Shown: one piece after another, positions 35,009-48,185 of the stretch
How positions within the stretch are numbered: the stretch's first letter is position 1
How the letters are laid out: every line of letters starts with the position of its first letter
NCBI GenBank assembly: GCA_052426225.1
Contig: JBNJNM010000011.1
Coordinates: 1 to 64,000 of the forward strand
DNA: 64,000 bases
Reading direction: 5' to 3'
From: Zancudomyces culisetae HAW-14-8
Taxonomy: Eukaryota; Fungi; Kickxellomycota
Made by a program: the position numbers and the translations under genes
The notes under the pieces: model-generated
Told to the model about the DNA's origin: nothing
The model's database searches: none
Seen by the model: the letters and a program-made list of their open reading frames with translations, nothing else

Positions 35009-36688
35009 TTATCGAATCTTAAAGTACAACCCCTTGTTTATGCAAAAATCGCTAAGGGATGTATAGTGAGAGAATGCGGGTTGTCCGTGTTCATTTCTTT
35101 TAATAGAGTAATTGGCATGCACCTCGTATTTTCTAATTATCATCGCCAACATCAGCTTCATAAGCGCAGCTGCATATATTCTTGCTAGACAGACCCGATT
35201 TCCAGCACCCCACATTAAATTAGCCAACGAAGCATCTGTTAGTTTCAGCCCAAGACGAATGTGTCGCTTGTAGTCGAATTCATTCGCATTTGGTCCAAAT
35301 ATTTCGGGATCCCTATTATGTCCCTGAATGTTAAAACTCACATATTGATGTTTAGAAATACTCACGCCATTAGACATCACTACTTCCTGAGTCGTACAAC
35401 GGGGCATGAATGGATCCGATCCCGAAAGCCTGATCGTTTCTTTAATGAACGCATCCAAGTACACCATTTCGTCCAACATTTCAAATGGAATATGGTTTTT
35501 ATCACCATTCTTTTCAATAAGCTCATTTTGTTCCTGCAGCAACTCTTTGTAGACGTCAGGCCTTAAACTAAGTTCTACTAATAGGTTGAATATCCGCCTT
35601 GATGCCACCTCCACACCAACCGCTACAATTGTCTGTATACAATACGCTACACTCGTTAGCTCCGCTTGGAAAATGCTAAAATTGTCTGTAAAAAATTGTA
35701 TTATGTCCTTTGGTTTACTATACTCGGGAAGATATTTTCTGCGACTCGACTCAAGTTCAAAATACTCATAAAAGTAGTTATTGCCCAAATACCCCGCAGT
35801 AAATAGTGTTGAAAAAAACTCTTGATTATTTACGTTTCCAAGCCTGGTCGGCTTCGTCACTTTTTTCAAGCTTTCAATCAAATTTCTGTCTCTTATTGCA
35901 TATGGGCCTAAAAATCTAAATATTATAGCAAATCTAACCATACTTTTTACTGTCTCATACAAGTTGTTAACCACTACCTCATTTCCATTATACATGCTTC
36001 CAGAGGATATAATCTCTCTCCTGATTACTTGTTCCAGGATCGGTTGGATTGCTTCCATCGATTCCTTCAAATCAACATATGACAGAAAATGTAACAAGTA
36101 TCTGCTGTATAGAATGTCATTAACGTGCATTCCTCTGGCTAATATTGTGTATTTGTGGTGATTTTTTAGGAAAGCCCGATTTTTATTGAATATCGTCTCT
36201 GGATGCTTTACATATTCTGACGAAAACCTTCCACCAATCAAAATACTTCTTCCTTGCTCCGAATTAACTATACACAGACTTTGGTTCATGTGCTTCCCAT
36301 AAACCTTACGTTCGCCATTGTATTCCTTCGAAGAGTTACTGCTAATACCAGCCTCCATGCATTTTACCTTTTTTAAACCATAGGGCACGGCTAGTTCCTT
36401 TAGTGTTTTTCTGATTGTTGCTGATAATTGGTAGCAAAAAAGGCAAAGTAAAACCACGTTCTTAATAAAAATCAGTATTTCTTGTAGCCATTGATCCGAG
36501 ACGATGTATTTTAATAGCCATTTTATATTGGATGCCAATAATGGTATGTAAATAAGATTTGCGAGTATGTGTCTGTATTCGCTCTCAGTTACAAACAACA
36601 CAAGGTCGTCAACAAACTGTATTGAAAATAATACACTCAGAATATAGTCGTGTACGTAGAAACTCAACCCCAGAACTGATATTTCCAT
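35009..36688 (-). CDS. Divergent cytochrome P450 (single ORF, no intron needed)
   Basis: ExxR (KETIR), HNRDPEIFG..EFDYKR meander, heme motif WGAGNRVCLA, hydrophobic N-terminus. Confidence 0.92.
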   Translation of the reverse strand: MEISVLGLSFYVHDYILSVLFSIQFVDDLVLFVTESEYRHILANLIYIPLLASNIKWLLKYIVSDQWLQEILIFIKNVVLLCLFCYQLSATIRKTLKELAVPYGLKKVKCMEAGISSNSSKEYNGERKVYGKHMNQSLCIVNSEQGRSILIGGRFSSEYVKHPETIFNKNRAFLKNHHKYTILARGMHVNDILYSRYLLHFLSYVDLKESMEAIQPILEQVIRREIISSGSMYNGNEVVVNNLYETVKSMVRFAIIFRFLGPYAIRDRNLIESLKKVTKPTRLGNVNNQEFFSTLFTAGYLGNNYFYEYFELESSRRKYLPEYSKPKDIIQFFTDNFSIFQAELTSVAYCIQTIVAVGVEVASRRIFNLLVELSLRPDVYKELLQEQNELIEKNGDKNHIPFEMLDEMVYLDAFIKETIRLSGSDPFMPRCTTQEVVMSNGVSISKHQYVSFNIQGHNRDPEIFGPNANEFDYKRHIRLGLKLTDASLANLMWGAGNRVCLARIYAAALMKLMLAMIIRKYEVHANYSIKRNEHGQPAFSHYTSLSDFCINKGLYFKIR

Positions 36689-38964
36689 TCCTCTTTGATT
36701 GCTGTTGTCTATATACCTACTAGAAAGTTTTTTAAGAAAAAAATAATTTATTAAATTTAAAAGAATGTCCCTTGTTTGAAGCCTAGAGATAGTAGGATAC
36801 CTTTTTGTTGGAAATGTAAACTTGATAATTTCCTTATTATATTGCTTTTATATTATTTTTTACTTTACTTAAATTTGATTTTTTCTATTTACTAGTATCA
36901 TCAGCGGTTCGTTTAAATCAGCTACTCAAATGGAATTTGCTGATGTATTCCCTTTCCTCATTCCTTCAAATGGCAGCTTAAGGGGGGTTATAGTATAATT
37001 GATCTTTAATCTGTTTAGATTTTTCTTGCTTTGTTTTTTTTATACATTAGCTAATACCTCATTAAATTATGTTTTTAGTTAATTATCACCACTAATCAAG
37101 AAAAGTAAAAATAAGAACATATGAAAAAAAATTTTATTTCCAAAATTTCCTGTATTTAATTAAATCTACTAATATTTTGTCAAGTAATATATATTTAACA
37201 TTACTACATTATATAATTGTCGTTATTGTAAAGTTACCTACTACTAATTTTTTGTTATACCAATTTCTACAGATCCGAATGTAAAGGTGATATCAAGAAG
37301 TAAATCCCATGATTTAATCATATTTACGAGAAAAATGTGTGAAAATGTGAAAAATTAATTCATATAAACTGGCATGTAATGTGATGTTAAAAGATAATAA
37401 TTATTTATGGTGTTCGAAATCCAAAAATTACTTGAATTTTTTAAATTAGATAATTTTATTCCTGTTTAGGATAATTGTATAAATTATTATCATTTTTCCT
37501 CCAAGAAAAAGGGCAAGTAAAGTAGGAGGTAAATGATTACAGTTAATTTACCAAATAAAGACTAAGCAATATAGCTTCCATAATTTTTCTTGCTCTCCCC
37601 CCTGTAAATAACCTACAAATCAAAATTGGCTAATAAAGTTTAAAAAAGAACAATCTAAAAACTTTTGTACTCTTGGTTTTTCAACTTGCTGCTTACCACC
37701 TAAATTAGGATAATTGAAACAGTAGTTCTGAAAAAGCTACATTGTGAATTTAATTATAATTTATCAGTTCATCAATCGTTTTGGACAGGTTCCATTACCC
37801 TTGTGGCACAGCTGAAGCTTGACAGCTCATGTTTCAGAATTTTCATTCTAGCTGATAATTCATGTCGTTTAAAGGCTGCTGAGACCGACGAGGTCTCTAC
37901 TATTGAAAAAATAGTTATTATTATCAGGTTTTAATATCTTTAGCTTTTTTTATAAAAGAACGGTGTGATATAAAGTCTAGTAATTATCAAAAAACATTTA
38001 TTAGATAGACTGTAAAATTAAAAGAATTTAGAGCCGGATTTAATGAGACCAAAAATGGTTTTGTGATTTGTTAGAATCATCTACAAGTGATTTTTTTGCA
38101 AGAAATAATAAAAAAGGCGTCACAAAGGGTTGAGAGAATGTCAAAATTTTCATAACCTAAGTCGAAACTAAGTGAACGATACACAGATTGGCAAAATGCC
38201 TTTCCAAAATATGCAATAATCAATTGTAAAAAATAAACTACAAAGAAAAAGGGCTAGTCTCAAAAATCATCACAGGTCGAATATGAATAACATAACTGAT
38301 TCGTTTGTAGCTCAGTTTCAAATATGCTAAATAATATTTCATTAACTAATCTTTTCTAATTCCATAGTTTTTTTTTGGTTCTAAATTCCTATTATCAAAG
38401 CTAAAGCATATAAACAAAATATTAAGAATTAATTTATCAAACCATTTTACCCCATTCGCTATCACCAAACTGGACTTGTAGTTTATTATAAAAACCAAAT
38501 GTTAACAACGTGGTATATATCTTTGGTGTTTCTTTCAATAAATGCCAAAGTTCTCAACCATAGTAGACAAAAAGTTGCTCGTATTACCTAAAGTGCATAT
38601 TTAAAATCTAGTAAAAGCTGCTGAAATTAAGAGCACTAACTTATACTCGCAGTTTCTCAGAGTTGTTAGCCTTAATTATTTTTTCTTGGAAAAATGAAAA
38701 GCAGTCTAACTAATTTAAATAAACTTTGATTCGTTATTTTATCGAGATTTGGCAAAGCTAGTGGGATTCCTTGCTTAATTTTGTTTAATTTAAAAGTGAG
38801 CTATCAAAGCTAGAAAGGTTCCATCAACCATTTTTAATTGTGCTTAGCGCTTTCCTCATCAAATACTCACTCAGTTCAACTATTTTATCCCCGAATTATC
38901 AACTTGTCAAATATTCAAGTTTGGTGCAAGAAATACTGCAAAACGTGAAAAACTGAAAGGAAAA

Positions 38965-40060
38965 ATGTCGTTCACGATTCTAAACAATAGTCCGGAATTC
39001 ATAGCAGGTAGCCTAAGTAATGAAAGCGACATGCCCAGGCATTCATTAAGTGATGTACGAATAAGACCAGCGTTTACAATTGCCAAGGAACCGCTGTCTG
39101 TATATATAACAGCAACACACCTAGTTGTTTTTTCAACTGCTCAAAACTCTGGATTTAGCATTGCCTACGACTCTATTGCTTTGTACGCAAGATCATCAAA
39201 ACAGGATAAAGTAGATTCCGAGAACGAAAATAATCTGGGAGATTGCATCTATTTACAACTAGAGCTCTCATTCTCATTCTCATCCTCTGTTCTTAACAAT
39301 GCTTCTCAAGAGGATTCCCACCTTGCAGGCAGCAGATAAAACATAAATGTCGAAAGTCTAAATGGCTCATACAATGAGGACGAGAGTGCGGATAATTCCT
39401 GGGATGAAAATCTCGAGGAGGAAATTTAATTTTCTGAATTGTTTATTTTTCACCAGGATTTGAACAAGCGTGAGTCCACTTTTTATGTCAGTCGATTTTA
39501 ACTTTTTTTACAGAGTAGCAGAAAAATACAGTTTGAGCTTTCAATTGCTAAAAATGGAATACCGATAATAGTTGATGAGCTCTACACTGCTTTATGCAAA
39601 GCAATACCCCTTCTTCCACCATCTTTTTCCGATCCCCAAGACCTTTTGGATTACCAGAATAACCAAGCATTTTCAGATACTTGTGCTCCAAATAATGAGT
39701 TTTGTCAAGTCCAAAAAGATTCAGGTATTGAGTATGATTATAAGTATGGGATGGAATCCTTAGTTCATAAGACAAACAATTCTTCAATAGGAGAAGGCGA
39801 CTTGAACACAGATAGTGGTGATTCGTCTGTTTTAAAAATTTCACTTTTAGAAGTACTCAATGAAACTGAAGCCTCTTACTTTACCGATTCTTGTGATATC
39901 GATAAATTAACAGAGGCGGGGAGGTAAGCATATATACTTTGTTCTCCTCAATTCATTTCCTATAGTATCTTAAATAAATTTTTGGTGTGCACCGTTTATT
40001 GTGATACTTAGGCGACATTAGAACGGTTAAGTAACTTACTGGACAAAGATAGTTCGTGGT
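38965..40060 (+). pseudogene. pICln/Lot5-like (Voldacs) methylosome subunit, disrupted
   Basis: GFSIAYDSIALYA, CIYLQL, acidic loop, ELFIF, DELYTALC, LTEAGR/ATLERL; introns 39470-39571 and 39924-40011; in-frame TAA at 39337 and 39427; 1-nt frame mismatch at the last intron. Confidence 0.75.
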
Positions 40061-43000
40061 TTGGCTTGATTTTTTTAAAAAAAGCACACTAGCTCATAAT
40101 TCACAATCTAGCATTGTCTTATTTCGATACTGGCAGTAAAAGACGACTCAATGTATATTGTACCAGAGTTGCATCTTTTTATCTCCCTTTTTAGATGTGT
40201 AACATTATATATATTTTTTTCGGAAAAACCTTTTTGTTACATCACATAATTTTTACTACTATTGTAGTGTATTTCTAATTCTAAATAATACATGAACCCT
40301 ATTTATCTAACCTACATATATATAAATATATATAAACAATCAACTACATTCCTAAAAGATTCAAAAGTCAAAAAAATCAAACGGTTTCAGATTCTGGTTT
40401 TCTGGAGTATTAAACGTGCAAAGTTAAATAAAAGAAAAGACAGCACATACTTTCTAAACCTTTGGATGCTGTAGGTTTACTACCATGTTTGCCTCATATT
40501 TTAAATCTATCTTGCAAACTGGACACATTTTGGATACATTATTTAGATACCAATCCACACAACTTTGATGGAATGCATGTTTACATGACAAGTCTCTGAC
40601 AAGGTCGGAACTAAATAAACCACCATTACATAATTTGCAATTGTGAAAATTTTCATATAAATTGGTGTGTCGGAATCTTTATTCTGTTATGATAGAATTT
40701 ACCTAATAGGTATTCGTGCTAGGTAAACTAGATTAAAAGATATGATGTTGACATTAATTTGTTGCACGCTAAAATAATCGCTAATAAAATGATAAATAAA
40801 TCCCACTGGCTAATTCCATATACCATGGCATCGATTGAATTGATGAGCTGTGCCAACACCGCCTGGATCTTGTATAGGTTGGCTTCCAATTTCTTTTACC
40901 TGACCGACCATCTCATTGATATTTGCCGGTTTACACTTCATGGTCTTGTTTTTAGTACCCTTTGTAATCCTTGTTTCTCTCCTGCTCCGTGTACTCAGAT
41001 CTGTATAAATATTCTTTTATTGACAGGATTAAAGTGACCAAACCATGTTACACTTCGGGCTCCTATGGCTTTTTTCTGGTCGTGACATGTGATCCCAATG
41101 GCAATCTTGAAGTTGACAGTTGGTTTTTTACAATTATTTTATTGAGTCTATCAATGATATGTCTCATTCAAGACTCCATATTTTGTTTTTATTCATTTTA
41201 TTTATTGTGACTTTATTTATAATATCTGTTATGGATATTTATTAAATGAAACCTTGGGTCTCCACATGACTCATATTTTTCGATAATAAACAAATACATC
41301 CATAAAATATACATTCTTTTCCTACATTTATAATTTGGTTATAAAATGGCCGTTTCATCCAAAGACAATATAAAAAACAGATTAAACCAACATAGAACGA
41401 CAGACTTTACAAAAAGTTTAGTTTAGCCTAGTTTTCTAGTTTTACTTATGAACATTATCAATTAGATTAAATAAACATTTTAAGTTCAGTACTTGGCAAA
41501 ATATCTCTTTTGCAGAAGTTCAAGTGTACCAAGTGCCAAGAAAAAAAACGATATTAATAAAAGTGAAATTCGACAGCGTTTTGAATAAAATTAAAACTTT
41601 TAGCTTTGAAGGTCGATTAATAACTAATAAAAGCTACACATACTATTATATTACTCAGAGGTATATTCTCAATCTTATCATCTCCATCTACTATTAAAAC
41701 GAATATTCAAATTATTTTGTAAACCACATCCACGTATTTCTTATTTCTTTTTGTATAATATCTAAATATTACCGCTTCTTTTACTGGATTTTAGGTAACT
41801 AATCCTTCTTGTTCAATGTATCTGAATTTTTGGCGTATGTTTTTTAGTTTTTTGTAGTTGGTTGAGTTCATCAACGTTTCATTACCATTGAAAGCAGGTT
41901 ATTTTTACACTCATCCAGTATAAACTTGGCAAGAATATATTTACTGAATTGGCTAGTTAGATCTGAGCAATGACTGTTTTCCTATCTTTCTTTGGCACTA
42001 TTCTAACTTCTAGGTTTTCTGTGTTTATTTCTACTTGTTTTAACCACAATGCATAGACACAAAAAATTATACTTTTGGTACTAGCACTAAACAAGGATAA
42101 ATAAAAGTGGGTATAGAAACAGTACTACTTCATCATGTAATTTATCAAGTATAATAAAGTTTATAATCGTAATGAAAGAGTGTTAATTAAACAAAAAACC
42201 AACTTAGTGCCAAGGCTCTCTCACGCACCCTGCCCCCTCCAAAGTATTCAAAAGCACTCATTTAAACGTAACCGAATCTCGGCTCTTCTAATTTTTTTTA
42301 TTTTTCTTTCTTTTTTTAGTAGAATTATAGTCTCCAACAATAGCAAAGTAAATGATATTGCGGTAGAAATGAAACCCCACCAAAATGAATACCGAAGTAC
42401 TAGTTCCATTTTCTCGAAAATCTTCTTATTTCATTCTGTTGCTTATAGGGTAACTCTGGACTTTTAATAAATAAACTGGCTAGGTTATCTTATTTTTTAA
42501 AGTTAATACAAAAAATGATCTACAAATTCACCTTTCTAGACTAGCTATAATAAAATGAATAAAACATTGAAAATTATATTATAAAGAGTAGATTCCACCA
42601 AACGGAAAAGAGCCAGAGTATTAACTACTACTCTCATTCTATAACCGGAGTTTTCCTTATTTTGTGGTTTTTTTGAAGCTCAGATAGTGTTTAGCCAGTA
42701 CAAAAAATCGATTGATGATTTTTCATTCAGTCATCATGGTTTTAATTTAGCATAATGTCTAGAGTAGTGTAGCTCAGCTAAAGATAGCATATAACAACAA
42801 CAACAGATATTGCTGGAACTTATAAATGGGTTTATTCAAATAAACTAAATGTAAAAAGTGACCGAGAATGCAGTATTATTGCAAAAAATAGGAGTTTTCA
42901 AAGATATAATCGTGATATTGCTACTGCTCTAGACTGTAATTTTAATAAACTGGACTTACTTCAATAGAGTTTCACTTGTATATTAAAGTTTATACAAATT

Positions 43001-43161
43001 ATTAGAATTTGAGTTCGTTATACCATACATTAGTGTGAAAACAATTTAAACTATCAGAATACCACCTCACTCAAAAGTGTGTAGGGGTAGGGTTCTCTCC
43101 TCATAATTTAAAGTACACAACAGCATTCCACCAGGAAAAAAGAAAATCAAACAAAATTAAA

Positions 43162-43623
43162 ATGTTCAAGTCAGTCTTAGTCAGTGCCTTACTTTTCGGT
43201 TCAACCTTAGCCAGTGCAGTAAACATGAGCGGTAACCAACAGAATCAAAATAATGATCTTGCTAATTCCGAACACAACAAAAATCTCTCTGGCTGTGAAT
43301 TCAACGATATGCATCGTCGCTGCAAGGCCAAGAGAACAACTGTTAGATTGTACAAGGCTGCCGGTTTTGTTAACAGATACGAAAAGCGCAGTATCAGACG
43401 TGGAAAGTGCTACAACACAAGAAAATTCGGATCAATCAAGGTCGGAAGAAAGAGTGGATTGGATAAACCAGGAAAGGGAGTAATCTTGGTTTGCGGGGAT
43501 AAGGATTGTACCGGTAAATGTCAGATAGTCCGTAGATCATCAGCCAAGACTATTTCCAATATATCCGAAGTTTTAGGAAGAAGAGCTATTTCATTCGCTT
43601 GGCTCAGGGTTAAGAGAACCTAA
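43162..43623 (+). CDS. Small secreted Cys-rich protein, beta/gamma-crystallin-like family member 4 (very basic)
   Basis: Signal peptide; LYKAAGF..CYN..S..KPGKG..CGDKDCTGKC..SFAW. Confidence 0.88.
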   Translation: MFKSVLVSALLFGSTLASAVNMSGNQQNQNNDLANSEHNKNLSGCEFNDMHRRCKAKRTTVRLYKAAGFVNRYEKRSIRRGKCYNTRKFGSIKVGRKSGLDKPGKGVILVCGDKDCTGKCQIVRRSSAKTISNISEVLGRRAISFAWLRVKRT

Positions 43624-45982
43624 TTTATAGGTTATAGATTTCATTCATCCAAATAAGCCATTAGATGCATAGTACTTTAATTTTTGCTACAGATTTAAAA
43701 AAACATTACCTGAAAAATAGATTTTAAATAAAATCGTTTTATAATTAACTCAACTTGCGTTAAAATGGAGATCATGGTATACAAAAACGGATATGATAAT
43801 ATTTTTATAGTAATTGGGTAGATTTTTTGTAATATAGGTATGAGTACTAGCCAGAGAAAGAGATAATTGAGTTAATGTTCTTTGGATAGTATTTAAAATA
43901 TACATGTGATGGATCTTGTTACAAAGCCAATGACAATACTATTGAAGTAGGATTTGGTGGGTAGCACTAACATGTTTTGAATATATTTGCACAAAGGATA
44001 AACAAATCCAGCACCACTACTTATGATCGCATTTCTAATAAACAGGTCAAAATCAGATGGGTTATCTCTGTGTTTTGAATCCGCTGAGAATGAGTATTCA
44101 GTTTTGAATACACAGATATTTAGATTATCACTATTGAGCTGTTGATAATAGATATCTAGTTTCTGAGGCTTACTTCTTGAGAAGAGGCAATAGATTATGA
44201 CAAATTAATTTTGCAAACAAAACGTTTTTTATTTGAGTCAGAGGGCAGATTCTGGATATATTACTGTGTTGACATTAATAAAACTACTGGTTTTAATGAA
44301 TCTGTTTAGTTCGTTGGTACACTCAATTAAAGATAAAAGTCTGCAGAGGTTACAAAAATCTATATACACACATCACTAGCTACTTATAGTTCTATATTAT
44401 TTAATACAATAAAATGTATTCACACCAATTATTCGATGTTCAAGATCCAATTGTCGGATTAATATGGCAATAAAAGAATAAGATTCTTTGGTTTAACTTG
44501 ATCTTTGCGAGAAACCGTATACAATATAGAAAATTGGACAAAAAGTTGCAATCAGATCAAAAATACATAGAATGATTACAATCACACGACCTCGTTTTAC
44601 AACGTTAGAAGTATTGATGTGAATACCCTGTATAAAAGAACACTGGATGACAATTTTACTTGGATCAAGCAGACTTAAGTATGAATGAAAATTTTATCTT
44701 TATTTAATATTAACAATAATTTCACCTACCAGAATGCAACTATGTGAGTACCATTTTATGTCTCTAATAGAATATTTAACTAATTACTCGTTTTTTTGAC
44801 GATCTTACCATAGCAATACTAGGTTGTTAAAACTGGATAAACAGGTTTAAAAACTGTATACAAACCGATATTCATTTTTTCTATTTTTTTCCCAATATTT
44901 GAACTAGGCTGGGCATAATTGTATCTGTGTGTTTGCATAACAATACCAGATTTTAACTTTATTCGACTAAATATATTTCAATTTCAAAAATATTTACTTG
45001 GGTAATATTCGCCTATAAATAGTATAACTTGACCAAATAAAAACAGCGCTAGTATTTATACTCCAATCCATACCAGTATATTCTTGGTTCGACGCCAATA
45101 TTGTTATTTTGAGCTTGACGCATAGTTGTTCGAACTGAACAATCTAGATTTTCTGCTACTAGTTTTTCCAGATTTCTAATCTAGTTAATTCATCTACTCT
45201 TTTCAAAATCAATTGTACCTGCTCAAAAAAAACATTCAACTATATAACTCGGCTTGTGAAAACATCTATCTAAACGTATTTTTTAGTCTCATAAAATTAA
45301 GCTTCACAAGAATTACTACTCCAAGGGAAATGTTTTACAACACCCTGCATCTCACTCGTTTTTCTAAAGATATGACAACTACACGAAAATTGTAGTATTT
45401 GCCTTTCTAAATTTATATTTATTACGAACCAACTCATATATATGATACCTGAAATAGTGGGTTCATTGAACTATTTTAGAAGCAGGTTCAAAAAGAAGAA
45501 TATAAAGCTAGTATCAAATAATATTAGATATGTTCACAAATCAACATTTCCATATCTTACTGTACTAAATTTGATAGTGTTGAATATTGATTTAATAAAG
45601 ATAAGGCTTGAAGGTTTTGTGTGATAAAGATTTACACTTCGCTTAGTACCAGAAAGTTTAAAATAATAATTAAATCATCCTGAGCAGAAGAAATACTGCT
45701 TTTCTTCAAACGACACAACAATATAGCAATTGACAAAACCCTGTAGAAAAATCGAGTATATGAAATACCTGTAACAACATTATTAATTCGTAATGCTTTT
45801 ATTTACTATTCGTGCGAATATATACATACATTCTAAAAGAAGGAAGCATATGATTGAAAAAAAGCAAAACTCATTAATTCTAATTTAAACAGTGTCGATT
45901 ACTTGGATGCTACCACCATCATAACCACTTTCTCCGGTTAGTGACGACCTTGTCTGTGAACTATTCTGTGACAATGTCTGTA

Positions 45983-46516
45983 TTAATGTCTGTGTCCGTG
46001 TCCATGTCTGTGACGCCATCTGTGGCCGTGTCTGTATCTGTGTCTTCTACCAAATCTATCAAAGTAAAAGCCATCATAGAATGGGTAGTATGATGGGTAT
46101 GTTTCTACACCAACAACTCCTACTCCACCAACGGCACCAGCTCCGTATGCAGTGTTGACAGCTCCAACTGCTCCAACGGCACCAGCATCATATGTAGTGC
46201 CAACAGTGCCAACAGCACCAACAGTGCCAACTGCTCCACTATCATATCCTGTTGCGACGGCTGCACCAGTTCCATAGGTAGTACCAACAGCTCCAACGGC
46301 TCCAACGGCTCCAACTGTAACTGGTACTGCTACTGCGTATGCAACTGGGTAATCGTACCAGATTCCATTTCTCCAGTATCTGTGTCTGTGTCTGTATCCT
46401 CGGTGGCCGTGACCGTGGCGGCCTCCATGATGTCCTCCGTGACCACCGCTACGTCCTGCAATAGCGGTTCCGGCTGAAAGTGCCAATACGGTTAGGGAAA
46501 GAGTTAATGATTTCAT
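45983..46516 (-). CDS. Secreted triblock protein: His/Arg/Gly - (GAV/GTV)n - His/Arg/Gly
   Basis: Signal peptide; low-complexity blocks with aromatic junctions; TATATAA 46590-46596 (minus). Confidence 0.88.
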   Translation of the reverse strand: MKSLTLSLTVLALSAGTAIAGRSGGHGGHHGGRHGHGHRGYRHRHRYWRNGIWYDYPVAYAVAVPVTVGAVGAVGAVGTTYGTGAAVATGYDSGAVGTVGAVGTVGTTYDAGAVGAVGAVNTAYGAGAVGGVGVVGVETYPSYYPFYDGFYFDRFGRRHRYRHGHRWRHRHGHGHRH

Positions 46517-48185
46517 TTTACTTTTTTTGAGTGGTTGTTAATTCGAGGGATAGGTTTTTCTGCTAAAATGGCAAAGAAACTAATTCCTCTTATATAGTTT
46601 TTTTTTACACTTTAGAATATCAAGATCCTAAACATACTACAACTATTGCTAATTTAGACTATGCTTTTGTTGTAAAGGAGTTGGGGTTGAGTGCTTCTAA
46701 GTTGAAATTTTTTTATAAACCACAACATCACCTTGATGGTTTATTGCGCTAACAACAAACCGTGAAAGTGTTATTTTTAGTACAAACACTATTATGGTTA
46801 TAGTACAGCCACCAAAATGCAGAACGTTTTGATTTTTTTTGTTTAACAGCTAGCCATAATTCTTAATATTTTTAAATATAATTGTAAAATACATGCTCGT
46901 ATAAACAGTCGAACACCAACATACTTGACAAATTTCAATTGAAGCATAGCTCTTGTAGAAGGTGAGCAAATGATAAAAGTAAAATAATAAATAAAATGAT
47001 AACAAGCATTCCGGAAAAAAGAAAAGAATTGAGGACAAATATTATTATTGGTTTTATAAAAGAAAAGCGTTCTAGCACTTTTAGTACAATACAGTTATTG
47101 TAAATTTGCTTCAAACGAACAATAGGAACATATAGATAACAATACAATTAAATTTTTTTATTGTATATTTACAAAATATTGTTTTTCTGACTGAGTAATA
47201 TTTATCTAGATATCAAAAAGTTCATAAAAAAAACAATCAACTAAACTAAGTTCATCGCACCTTCATTCCAACTTTCTAGAATACCAGGTATCCGAGGGAT
47301 ATTAGTTCAAGGGGAGTGGGACTACAATTAATCTTTTCACTGCTAGGTAACAAGGTGAAAAAGACTTTATTCAGAAACCTGCATGTGGAAGCCACTGCTT
47401 TAGCTCAAGAGGTCTTAGTATCACGAATAATTCCAAAAAGTTCAAGGTTTAACTCCTCCCTCCAGAAGCTTATCCATGATTTTCTTGTAAAACTCACTAT
47501 ACTCGAAAAACGTGTTAGTTAAAAAAGAACCAAAAATCTATAGATTCAAAAAGCAAATCATTCCCATTTGCTACTCATTCACTTCAATTTTGGAAATTGC
47601 CCAATTATTTCTCTTGGTTTTATTTTGTTCAAAAGACCCAATAAATAAACACCAAATAAAAATTAAATGAAACAACTCAATATAATATCAACCTAGCCAA
47701 TTCTCCTCTGTCTCTCTAGCAACTCCTTACCCACCGGGTGTTGGTTCAGTGATATTTTATACTCAAGATTGATCCAGATAATAATCCTCGTTTGAAAGAA
47801 TCTATCTAAGAATCTCGTTGTTTGCAGCTTGACTAAACATGAAATGTTGGATTCTCTATCCTTTCTGGTAGAGTAATCAAAATTTGTGGCTCTTATTTAA
47901 GAGATAGAACCAACTACCCATCCTCTCAAGTTTCATGTACTTCAACTATTTTGAGATTTGGAGTTGAAATCTTAAATGTGTTGATACTGTCATATATCCC
48001 TGGCTGCTCTATTTTGTCATTTCTCATAACCACTGATTATTTGTCGCTCCTATTTCTGGAGTATTCCATTAATAAATAATCTAAATAAATTAGCTGAACA
48101 TTAGAAAGTTAATTGATTTGCTACTAAGGTTTATTATGATTGACTTTTCAAAACCTATAAACCAAAAAAAAGATATTAAACAAAC

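Noticed and set aside
39337-39429. TAA reassignment (alternative genetic code)
   Set aside because: TAA ends several intact genes here (pol B, ARO2, 43623), and no conserved gene has internal TAA.
40759-47522. Short ORFs and coding-like patches at ~40.8-41.2, 42.2, 44.2-44.7, 45.2-45.6 and 46.9-47.5 kb
   Set aside because: No recognisable motifs, many non-ATG starts or stops; they may be decayed genes but cannot be supported.
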